Positions 10,146-18,205 of a stretch of 24,733 bases of DNA are shown here, one piece after another; the stretch's first letter is position 1; the number at the start of each line of letters is the position of its first letter. Below the pieces are notes generated by a model. That model had not been told where the DNA came from. It did not search any database and saw nothing but the letters and a program-made list of their open reading frames with translations. The position numbers and the translations under genes were made by a program. Origin of the DNA: Candidatus Fermentibacteraceae bacterium (GTDB taxonomy: Bacteria; Fermentibacterota; Fermentibacteria; Fermentibacterales; JCC-6); the NCBI GenBank assembly GCA_041686025.1, contig JAWLEP010000030.1, positions 1 to 24,733 on the forward strand, read 5' to 3'.

Positions 10146-12515
10146 GTGCGGGGGACCCTGGAGGAGCTGGGCTGGGGCAAGCTGCTGGAGCGGGTCTCAT
10201 CCCTGGCGGAGAGCGAGGCTGGCCGCGAAGAGGTGCTGGCCCTGGTCCCGGCCTCCAGTCCGGGGTCCTCGGACCGTCTGCGGGACGAGACCCTGGCCGC
10301 TGCCGCCCTCCTGGAGCAGGGCCCCTCAGCGAACCTGGACTGGGTCGACCCCATGGGCGAGATACTGGAGGCGCTGGACGAAGGGGCCACCGCCCTGGAC
10401 CCGGCGGCTCTGCGGGCCGCAGGCCTGGGCCTGGACAGCCTGGACGGGCTCCGGAAGGGGCTGGCGGAGGTCCTGGCCGAGGAGGAGGAAGCCGGGGAGG
10501 GGCCCTCGCCGCTGAAGCGCGTGGGCGGGGAGTGGCTCCAGAGGTGCCCCGACCTCTCCGCGGAGGCCGGCCGGCTGCTCCGCTCCACCACGGAGGATGG
10601 GGCGCTGTCGCCCAAAGCCTCCCCCGAGCTCTCCCGGCTGATGAAGCGGGTGGAGCGCGACCGTAGGCGCATATCGGAGAGGATCGAGCGGCTGGCGTCG
10701 CGCCTCTCCTCGCAGGGGCTGCTCCGCGACAGCCCCCCCACAATCCGCAACGGGCGGTACGTGCTGCCGGTGCGGGCCGGTTCCCGGGGCCGCGTCGGGG
10801 GCATAGTCCACGACCGCTCCGACAGCGGGGAGACGGTCTTCGTGGAGCCCATGGAGCTGGCCGAGGCGGGAAACAGCCTCCAGGAGGCCCAGCTGGACCT
10901 GGAAGCGGAGCGCCGCCGGGTTCTGAGGGAGCTCACCGGCCTCCTCCGCGACCGAAGCGACCACCTCGCCGCCGCCACGGGGCTGGCCCTGGAGCTGGAT
11001 GCGGTATTCGCCCGGGCCCGCTACCACCTGGAGGCGGAGACGGTGTTTCCCGCGGAGGGCTCGGGGGTGAGCCTGCTGGGGCTGCGGCACCCCATGATCC
11101 CGCCGGAGGAGTCGGTTGACAACGACCTGCAGATGCCGGCGAACTGGAAGGCCCTGGTGGTCAGCGGCCCCAACGCCGGCGGAAAGAGCGTCCTCCTGAA
11201 GGCCTTCGGCCTGGCCGTGATCTGCTCGCAGAGCGGCCTGGGGGCCACGGCGGGGGCGGAGTCCACCCTTCCCTTCTTCGAGAGCGTCAGCGCCTCCATA
11301 GGCGACCAGCAGTCCATCGAGGAGCACCTGAGCACCTACTCCGCCAGGCTGAGCCAGCAGATGGCCATGATGCGGAACCTCGGCCGGGGCAGCCTGGTGC
11401 TTATAGACGAGCCGGCGGCGGGCACCGACCCGGTCACCGGCAGCGCCATGTCCGCCGCACTGCTGGAGGCTCTCACCGATTCGGGATGCCGGGTGGTGCT
11501 CACCACCCACATGGGCCAGCTGAAGAACCTGGCCACCGGCCGGGAGGGCTTCTACAACGGCTGCATGACCTTCGACGAGGAGACGCTGAAGCCCCAGTAC
11601 CGCTTCGTGCTGGGCATTCCGGGATCCTCCTTCACCCTGGAGATTGCCCAGAGGATGGGCTACCCCGAGGAGGTGCTGCGTCGGGCCAGGGAGCTGGCCG
11701 GAGACTCCTTCCGTCTGGACAGGCTCATGGCCGACCTGGCCGCCATGCGCGACCGCAGGGCGGAGGAGCTCCGCCGACTGTCCCGGGAGCGGGAGGAGGC
11801 CCGCAGGGCCATGGAGGAGGCCTCCACCGAGCAGAGCCGGGGAAGGGCGGAGCTGGCGGCCCTGCGCAGGCATTACCGGAAGCAGTGGGAGCGGCGCCTG
11901 GAGGAGATCGGGTCCCGGGCGGACTCGCTGCTGGGCAGGCTGGCCTCCACCGAGGACCGGGAGGAGCGGAGGCGCATCCGCTCCGGGATACGGGAGCTGG
12001 AGGCCGCCGAGGCTCCGGAGGACGCCCCGCCGGCAGGGGCCGGGGGAGGCGAGGGAGGCGGGCCTCGGGAGCTCTCGAAGGGCTCCTGGGTCACCGTGAA
12101 GGGATGGCGCGGCCGGGGCACGGTGGACGAGGTTCGCGGCGATACGGCGGTGGTGAGCTTCGGCAACCTGCGGCTGGAGAAGCCCCTGGCCGACCTCTCC
12201 GCGGCGGAGCCGCCCCAGGGGGCGGAGGCGGCCTCCGCCAGCTGGGAGATGGCTCCCGAGAGCCCGGAGATCAACCTCATCGGAATGCGGGCGGCGGAGG
12301 CCAGGGAGGCCCTGGAGGAGAAGCTGGACGGCTGCGCAGCCACCGGCGTGGGCGTGATCCGGGTGATCCACGGCAAGGGAAAGGGCGTCCTCATGTCAGT
12401 GGTTGCCGACGTGCTCAGGGAAGACCCCCGGGTCTCCTCCTGGAGGCAGGGAAGGCCGGAGGAGGGAGGGGTGGGCGTAACGGTGGCCCGCCTGGGCCCG
12501 GAGGCCGGCGGGTGA
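10146..12515 (+). CDS. mutS2: MutS2 family ATPase with C-terminal Smr domain
   Basis: GIVHDRSDSGETVFVEP, LRHP, Walker A GPNAGGKS, IGDQQSIEEHLSTYS, LIDEPAAGTDP, TTH, GIPGSS, KOW-like segment, Smr IHGKGKG. Probable GTG start at 10146. Confidence 0.94.
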   Translation: MRGTLEELGWGKLLERVSSLAESEAGREEVLALVPASSPGSSDRLRDETLAAAALLEQGPSANLDWVDPMGEILEALDEGATALDPAALRAAGLGLDSLDGLRKGLAEVLAEEEEAGEGPSPLKRVGGEWLQRCPDLSAEAGRLLRSTTEDGALSPKASPELSRLMKRVERDRRRISERIERLASRLSSQGLLRDSPPTIRNGRYVLPVRAGSRGRVGGIVHDRSDSGETVFVEPMELAEAGNSLQEAQLDLEAERRRVLRELTGLLRDRSDHLAAATGLALELDAVFARARYHLEAETVFPAEGSGVSLLGLRHPMIPPEESVDNDLQMPANWKALVVSGPNAGGKSVLLKAFGLAVICSQSGLGATAGAESTLPFFESVSASIGDQQSIEEHLSTYSARLSQQMAMMRNLGRGSLVLIDEPAAGTDPVTGSAMSAALLEALTDSGCRVVLTTHMGQLKNLATGREGFYNGCMTFDEETLKPQYRFVLGIPGSSFTLEIAQRMGYPEEVLRRARELAGDSFRLDRLMADLAAMRDRRAEELRRLSREREEARRAMEEASTEQSRGRAELAALRRHYRKQWERRLEEIGSRADSLLGRLASTEDREERRRIRSGIRELEAAEAPEDAPPAGAGGGEGGGPRELSKGSWVTVKGWRGRGTVDEVRGDTAVVSFGNLRLEKPLADLSAAEPPQGAEAASASWEMAPESPEINLIGMRAAEAREALEEKLDGCAATGVGVIRVIHGKGKGVLMSVVADVLREDPRVSSWRQGRPEEGGVGVTVARLGPEAGG

Positions 12516-12532
12516 CGGCGGGGGGGAGCGGA

Positions 12533-14251
12533 ATGGACGACGTGGAGGCGGTCCGCCAGGCTGTGGACATCGTGGACGTTGTCGGCCGCTACGTGGGCCT
12601 GAAGCACGCCGGGCGGGACTACAAGGGACTGTGCCCCTTCCACCGGGAGAAGACCCCGTCCTTCCACGTCTCGCCGGACAAGCAGGTCTACCACTGCTTC
12701 GGCTGCGGCGCCGGCGGCGACGTCTTCACCTTCCTGATGCGCTACCTGGGAATGTCCTTCCCCGAGGCCCTGGAGGAGCTGGCGGGGGAGGCCGGAATAA
12801 CCCTCAGCCGCGGCTCGGCCCCCTCGGGAAGGGGCAAGGCCCTGCGGGACATAACGGAGGCGGCGCAGGCCTTTTTCCAGCGCAGCCTGGAGGGGGACGG
12901 CGGCCGCGGCGCCCGCAGCTACCTGGAAGGCAGGGGCATCGGTGCCGAGGAGCGGCGGACCCTGGGGCTGGGATGGGCCCCCGGTGGGGAGAGCCTCTGC
13001 GCCCACCTCCGGTCGAAGGGCTTCTCGGAGGCCCAGATGGTGGAGGCGGGCATGGCTTCCCGGTCCGACCGGGGCCGGGGCGTATACGACCGCTTCCGCA
13101 GGAGGCTGACCTTTCCCATCGCCGACCGCAGGGGAAGGCCGGTGAGCTTCGGGGCCCGCACCCTGGGAGAGGACGGCCCCAAGTACCTCAACGGTCCCGA
13201 CACGCCCATCTACAGCAAGGGCAGCATACTCTACGGCTACAGGGAGGCCCGGGAGGCGGCGCGGGACCTGGACATGGTGGTCCTGGTGGAGGGCTACTTC
13301 GACCACGCCCGGCTCTACCTGGCCGGCATCCGCTCGGTGGTGGCCACCTGCGGCACGGCGCTGACCGCGGACCAGGCCCGCCGCATGGGGGGCATCAGCG
13401 ACCACGTCTACGTCTGCTACGACGGCGACGACTCCGGCAGGAGGTCGGCGGTGAAGGCCGCGGAGGTGATGCTCTCCCAGGGCCTCAATCCCAGGATCAT
13501 ACCCCTTCCCGACGGGTCCGACCCCGACGACTTCGTGGCCGCGGAGGGCGCGGAGGGCTTCATGGACCTGGTGGGCCGCGCGCGCAACCCCATCGAGTTC
13601 GGCCTGGACCTGGTGGGGGGCTGGGAGGGGGCCAGGGAGTCCGGCCGGGGGGTGGAGGTGGTGAAGCGCCTGGTGGAGGTCGCGGGGAGGTCGGCAGACC
13701 CCCTGGTGGAGGAGACTCTCTTCAGAAGCCTCTCAGAGAGCACGGGATACACCATGGACACGCTCCGCAGGGAGCGGGATCACCTGGAGGAGTCGTCGCG
13801 GAGGTCCCCGGGAGAGCATCCGGAGCGCCCGCCGGGTCCCAGCAGACGGGACTCCACGCTGCTGTGGGCCATCCTCTCCTGCTCCGCGGAGGACCGGGGC
13901 CGCCTGCTGGAGGCCGTGGAGGCCGCCGACTTCGACACCGAGACCGGAAGGGGCGCCTTCTCCTCCCTGCAGTCGCAGTTCGCCCAGGGGATGGAGAGGC
14001 CGGCCCTGGCCAAGATGGATCCCTCGCAGGCGGACGCATGCGCGGCTATACTATCCGACAGGGCAGCCGCGGCGCCGGAGGACGTGGACCGGGTCATCGC
14101 CCGGGTCCTCAGACGGCGCATGAGGGAACAGCGGCGCAGGCTCGGCCGGCGGCTGGCCGAAGCCGAAGGGGTAGAGAAGAGGAAGATACTGGAGGAGCTG
14201 AGCAGGTTGAGCGGAAGGCTTCGCGAAACGGATGGCGGCGATGGGGGATAG
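12533..14251 (+). CDS. dnaG: DNA primase
   Basis: CHC2 zinc finger CPFHREKTPSF...CFGC, DRFRRRLTFPI, PKYLNGPDT, TOPRIM VEGYFD and CYDGDDSG, DPDDFV. ATG 12533 (or GTG 12512 overlapping the mutS2 stop). Confidence 0.96.
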   Translation: MDDVEAVRQAVDIVDVVGRYVGLKHAGRDYKGLCPFHREKTPSFHVSPDKQVYHCFGCGAGGDVFTFLMRYLGMSFPEALEELAGEAGITLSRGSAPSGRGKALRDITEAAQAFFQRSLEGDGGRGARSYLEGRGIGAEERRTLGLGWAPGGESLCAHLRSKGFSEAQMVEAGMASRSDRGRGVYDRFRRRLTFPIADRRGRPVSFGARTLGEDGPKYLNGPDTPIYSKGSILYGYREAREAARDLDMVVLVEGYFDHARLYLAGIRSVVATCGTALTADQARRMGGISDHVYVCYDGDDSGRRSAVKAAEVMLSQGLNPRIIPLPDGSDPDDFVAAEGAEGFMDLVGRARNPIEFGLDLVGGWEGARESGRGVEVVKRLVEVAGRSADPLVEETLFRSLSESTGYTMDTLRRERDHLEESSRRSPGEHPERPPGPSRRDSTLLWAILSCSAEDRGRLLEAVEAADFDTETGRGAFSSLQSQFAQGMERPALAKMDPSQADACAAILSDRAAAAPEDVDRVIARVLRRRMREQRRRLGRRLAEAEGVEKRKILEELSRLSGRLRETDGGDGG

Positions 14252-15626
14252 GGCCCAGAAGCACCTGGACCTCTCGTCCAGCACCCTGTTCTACAGGGAG
14301 ATGGACGTGGTTCCCCTGCTCTCCCGGGAACGGGAGCTGGAGCTGGCCGTGGCCCAGGAGGAGGTGCGCCACCGGATGCTCTCCGCCCTTCTCAGCGTGG
14401 AGGCCGGAAGCAGGAGGTTCGCCGAGCCCCTGAGCCGGCTGGCCCTGGGAAGGAGGGTGAACCGGGAGGTGGTGGACACGGCCTACTGGGGGGTGCGGCA
14501 GGGCATTCTCCCAGAGGACCGCCGCGAAGAGCTGAGCCGCCTGCTCTCGGGGCTGGACCCCTCGCTGAGCTGCGAGAAGGTGAGGGCGCTCAGGCCCGCA
14601 TGGCGGTGGGTGGAGGATCTGGGCCGTGAGGTCTTCGCCTCCGTGGAGACCTGCCGCGGCCTCCTGGAGCGCGCCCGGGGCCTTCTGGACGATGCGGGCA
14701 TGGACCGCCGCGAGCTGGAGGAGGCGGCAGTTGCCTACGTCTCGTCCCTGGAGGCCGGCGGGCGGGAGCGCCGGGCATGGACCCTGCTGCCCAGGGTCCG
14801 CGGCATAGACCGGGCGCTGAGGCTGATCGAGCTCCGCACCGGGGTAGACACCGACTCGCTCTTCCGGGCGGGAACGAAGTTCTTCGAGGCCTGCGCCGAC
14901 CATCGGGACCTGCTGGAGAAGCTGGTGGAGGCCAACCTCCGTCTGGTGGTGAAATGGGCGCGTAAGTACTGCCGTACCGGCGCCCTGGAGGAGATGGACC
15001 TGGTGCAGGAGGGGTGCCAGGGACTCCTGGCGGCCGCCATGCGCTACGACTACCACCGGGGCTACCGGTTCTCCACCTACGCGGTCTGGTGGGTGCGCCA
15101 GGCGATACTGAAGGCCCTGTCCCAGCAGACCACGCTGATCCACCTGCCTTCGGAGGCCGTCGACCACCGCCGGCAGATGCGGAAGTCCATCCAGCGGTGG
15201 AGGCAGAAGGCCGGCCGCAGCCCCACCACCGCCGAGCTGGCCGAGGAGCTTGACATGGAGCCCGAGCAGGTCCGCTGCCTGCAGGACCTTCTGCAGGAGC
15301 CCGTCTCCGCCGACATCGTGATGGAGGAGCAGGGCTCGATGGTGGACTACATCGAGGACCGCCTGAGGCCCACCGAGGAGGAGGCCTACCGGAAGGACAC
15401 CAGGAAGCGGATCATCGGGGCGCTGCAGACCCTCACCGACCGCGAGAGGACCATAATCTCGCTGCGCTTCGGCCTCTACGACGGAGAGCCCCAGACACTG
15501 GAGGACGTGGGCAGGATATTCGGCGTCTCCCGGGAGCGCATAAGGCAGATAGAGTGCCGGGCCCTGGACAAGCTCCGCGGACGGGGCGTCTTCTTCCCCG
15601 CCGAGAGCGAGGACGAGAGGGGATGA
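14232..15626 (+). CDS. Sigma70-family RNA polymerase sigma factor, RpoD/SigA-like but divergent and lacking region 1.1
   Basis: Region 1.2-like FYREMDVVPLLSRERELELA, long non-conserved region, region 2 EANLRLVVKWARKY...DLVQEG...FSTYAVWWVRQAI, region 3 GRSPTTAELAEEL, region 4 LTDRERTIISLRFGL...TLEDVGRIFGVSRERIRQIE; directly follows dnaG. Confidence 0.9.
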   Translation: MAAMGDRAQKHLDLSSSTLFYREMDVVPLLSRERELELAVAQEEVRHRMLSALLSVEAGSRRFAEPLSRLALGRRVNREVVDTAYWGVRQGILPEDRREELSRLLSGLDPSLSCEKVRALRPAWRWVEDLGREVFASVETCRGLLERARGLLDDAGMDRRELEEAAVAYVSSLEAGGRERRAWTLLPRVRGIDRALRLIELRTGVDTDSLFRAGTKFFEACADHRDLLEKLVEANLRLVVKWARKYCRTGALEEMDLVQEGCQGLLAAAMRYDYHRGYRFSTYAVWWVRQAILKALSQQTTLIHLPSEAVDHRRQMRKSIQRWRQKAGRSPTTAELAEELDMEPEQVRCLQDLLQEPVSADIVMEEQGSMVDYIEDRLRPTEEEAYRKDTRKRIIGALQTLTDRERTIISLRFGLYDGEPQTLEDVGRIFGVSRERIRQIECRALDKLRGRGVFFPAESEDERG

Positions 15627-16438
15627 CCAGGGTTGCGGCCCTGTGCGCCCTGGCGCTGCTGGCCGCCTGCGGCCCTCCGCCGGAGAGCGGCGGAGGCCGC
15701 CGGAGGCTGGTCCTCTTCGGTCCCTCGCTTACGGAGACCGTCTTCTCGGTGGGCGCGGGGTCCCTGGTGGTGGGCGTTGACCGCTACTCCGGCTGGCCCC
15801 CCGCCGCCGACAGCCTTCCAGAGGTTGGAGGCTACCTGGACCCCAGCATGGAGCAGGTGGCGGCGCTGTCGCCCACCTCCATCCACTCCGTGGGCAGCAG
15901 CCCCGACATCGCCGAGCTGTCCCGGGCCCTGGGGGTCCCCTACCATACCTGGAGCTTCGACACGCTGGACGACGCCCTGGCCTCCATGGCGGCCCTGGAC
16001 TCCATGTACGGGGACGGTTCGTATCCAGCAGCGGCAGTGAGGAGGACGCTGGACTCCCTGCGCCGCAGCTCGTCCGGGGCCTCCGTGGCCCTGGTGGTCT
16101 CCCATACCCCCGGTTCCGGTTCGGTTACCCTGGCCGGAGACGGCACCTTCCTGGGCGACCTGGTGGAGGGGATGGGCGCCCGGCTGAGCGCTCCCGCCTC
16201 CTCCACCTATCCACGGGTCTCCCTGGAGGGGGTGCTGGAGCTGTCCCCGGACCATCTGGTCTACCTGCTCCCCGACAACCCGGACCCCGAGACCTACGGG
16301 AGCAGGGTGGAGGAGCTGTGGGAGGGCATGGGGATCTCCGGGGACAGGGTCCACTTTCTCACCGGGGACTACCTGCTGGTGCCCGGCCCCCGAATGGCCC
16401 TCACCGCCGAGAGGATATCGGAGTGCCTGCGGTACTAG
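15623..16438 (+). CDS. ABC transporter substrate-binding lipoprotein, BtuF/helical-backbone metal receptor family
   Basis: ATG 15623 (ATGA overlap with sigma stop); lipobox LLAAC; PSLTETVFSVGAG, VGVDRYS.WP, VGGYLDPSME, YPRVSLE, PGPR. Confidence 0.88.
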   Translation: MTRVAALCALALLAACGPPPESGGGRRRLVLFGPSLTETVFSVGAGSLVVGVDRYSGWPPAADSLPEVGGYLDPSMEQVAALSPTSIHSVGSSPDIAELSRALGVPYHTWSFDTLDDALASMAALDSMYGDGSYPAAAVRRTLDSLRRSSSGASVALVVSHTPGSGSVTLAGDGTFLGDLVEGMGARLSAPASSTYPRVSLEGVLELSPDHLVYLLPDNPDPETYGSRVEELWEGMGISGDRVHFLTGDYLLVPGPRMALTAERISECLRY

Positions 16439-17205
16439 AGGCCGGCGCGCTGTCGGCCGGATACGCCGGCAGAACGGTGCTGTCGGGACTCTCCCTGGAG
16501 CTCATGCCGGGGGAGATCTGCGGCGTCATCGGCCCCAACGGAGTGGGGAAGAGCACCCTCCTGCGAGCGCTGCTGGATCTGGGGCCCGAGGCCTCCGGGT
16601 CGGTGAGGATCTGCGGCGGGGACTCCGCGGAGATGTCCAGGATGGAGAGGGCCAGGCTGGTGGCCTACGTGCCCCAGGACTCCGCCCCCTCCCCCGGGCT
16701 TACGGTAATGGAGTCCGTGCTGCTGGGACGGCATCCCCACCGGAGGGGATGGTCGGCGGATTCACCCCGGGACCTGGAGGTGGCCCGACGCTCCATGGAG
16801 AGCACAGAGACCTGGGAGCTGCGGGACAGGCCCTTCGGGGAGATCTCCGGAGGGGAGAGGCGAAGGGTCCTCATCGCCAGCGCCCTGGCCCAGGAGCCCA
16901 GGCTCCTCCTGCTGGACGAGCCTGGAGCCTCCCTGGACTTCCGGCACCGGGTGAACCTCTGGCTGCTTCTGGGCAGGCTGGCCTCCCGGGGCCTGGCGGT
17001 TCTGGTCACCACCCACGAGACCAACGTGGCCAGCGCCTTCCTCCACCGGGTGCTCCTCCTGCGGGAAGGGGGCCACGTGCAGGGCGCACCGGAGGAGATA
17101 TTCCGGGCCGACCTCCTCTCGGAGGTGTTCGGGGTCCGGCTCTCCGTCCGCCGGGCGGGCCCCGGCTGGCAGGTCGTTCCCAGCCTGCCGGATAGACCGT
17201 CGTGA
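16423..17205 (+). CDS. ABC transporter ATP-binding subunit, BtuD/FecE family
   Basis: Walker A GPNGVGKS, AYVPQ, ISGGERRR, LLLDEP, TTH. Probable GTG start at 16423. Confidence 0.92.
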   Translation: MPAVLEAGALSAGYAGRTVLSGLSLELMPGEICGVIGPNGVGKSTLLRALLDLGPEASGSVRICGGDSAEMSRMERARLVAYVPQDSAPSPGLTVMESVLLGRHPHRRGWSADSPRDLEVARRSMESTETWELRDRPFGEISGGERRRVLIASALAQEPRLLLLDEPGASLDFRHRVNLWLLLGRLASRGLAVLVTTHETNVASAFLHRVLLLREGGHVQGAPEEIFRADLLSEVFGVRLSVRRAGPGWQVVPSLPDRPS

Positions 17206-18143
17206 GGGGGCTGTGGTGGGTACTCCTGCTGATACTGGCCGCGGGTATCGCCCTGTCGCTGCTGCTGGGCCCCATGGAGGGCGCCCCGGGATGGGTGGTG
17301 CTGCGGCTGCGGCTTCCCAGGACCGCGCTGGCGCTGATGGCGGGGGCATCCCTGGCGGTCTCGGGCTGCGTCCTGCAGGCGGTGCTGCGCAACGGCCTGG
17401 CCACCCCCTACACGCTGGGGATCTCCGCCGGAGCGGGGGTTACCGCAGGGGCCCTGCTGCTCTCGGGAGCCGTGGTCTCCAGGATGGTGCTGGTCCTCAG
17501 CGGGACCGCCGGGGCCCTGGCCACGGTGGCGGCGGTGTACGCCCTGGCCAGGGCGGCGGCCGGGGGAGGCACCGGCTCGCGTATAGTGCTGGCCGGGGTG
17601 ACCCTGAACCTGATCGGCGCCTCGGTCCTGCTGCTGTTCGAGTACCTGAGCCCGGCCAGCCGGCTGGTGGAGATAATAAGGTGGATGATGGGCGACCTCT
17701 CCGCCGTGGACTCCCAGCTGCCCCTCTACCTTCTTCCCTTCACGGTGGCGGGCCTGGCGGCGGCGGGGGCCAGGGCCGGGGTCCTGAACCAGCTGGAGAG
17801 CGGCCCCGGGCTGGCCGCCAGCCGGGGAGTGTCCATCGTCCGGGAGCGGACGCTGCTGCTGGCGGCCGCCGCCCTGCTGGCGGGAGGAACGGTGGGGGCC
17901 GTGGGCCCCATCGGATTCGTGGGCCTCATAGTACCCCACATGATGCGCAGGCTGGCCGGGGGAGACTACAGGAGGCTGGTCTACGCCTCCGCCCTGGGCG
18001 GGGCCGCCCTGCTGCTGCTGGCCGACGTGGCCGCCCGGCTGGTGATCAGCCCGGCGGAGCTCCCCATAGGGGTGGTCATGTCCATACTGGGGGGGCCGTT
18101 CTTCCTCTACCTGCTTCTTCGCGGGGGGCGGCGTACGGGGTAG
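17202..18143 (+). CDS. ABC transporter permease, BtuC/FecCD family
   Basis: LRLPR, LQAVLRNGLATPYTLGISAGA, WMMGDL, GPIGFVGLIVPH, ELPIGVV...GGPFFLYLL. Confidence 0.94.
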   Translation: MRGLWWVLLLILAAGIALSLLLGPMEGAPGWVVLRLRLPRTALALMAGASLAVSGCVLQAVLRNGLATPYTLGISAGAGVTAGALLLSGAVVSRMVLVLSGTAGALATVAAVYALARAAAGGGTGSRIVLAGVTLNLIGASVLLLFEYLSPASRLVEIIRWMMGDLSAVDSQLPLYLLPFTVAGLAAAGARAGVLNQLESGPGLAASRGVSIVRERTLLLAAAALLAGGTVGAVGPIGFVGLIVPHMMRRLAGGDYRRLVYASALGGAALLLLADVAARLVISPAELPIGVVMSILGGPFFLYLLLRGGRRTG

Positions 18144-18150
18144 GAGGGCT

Positions 18151-18191
18151 GAGAAAGGGCGGTGCCGGCTACCGGCCGGCACCGCCTTCTC
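18151..18191. terminator. Hairpin between convergent genes, probable bidirectional terminator
   Basis: 12-bp stem GGCGGTGCCGGC (18158-18169) / GCCGGCACCGCC (18175-18186), flanked by GAGAAA and TTCTC. Confidence 0.7.
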
Positions 18192-18205
18192 CGCTTCCGC
18201 TACCT

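Noticed and set aside
11486..12532. Apparent 349-aa N-terminal extension of DnaG (likewise extensions of the amidohydrolase from 2016, CoaC from 4643 and DnaJ from 8984)
   Set aside because: The extensions are off-frame reads of upstream genes or intergenic DNA; homology and RBS/overlap patterns point to the downstream starts.
10326..14433. Long alternative-frame and antisense ORFs over mutS2/dnaG (681, 510, 600 aa) and similar ones throughout the window
   Set aside because: Arg/Gly/Pro-rich shadow ORFs expected at this GC content; they overlap well-supported genes.
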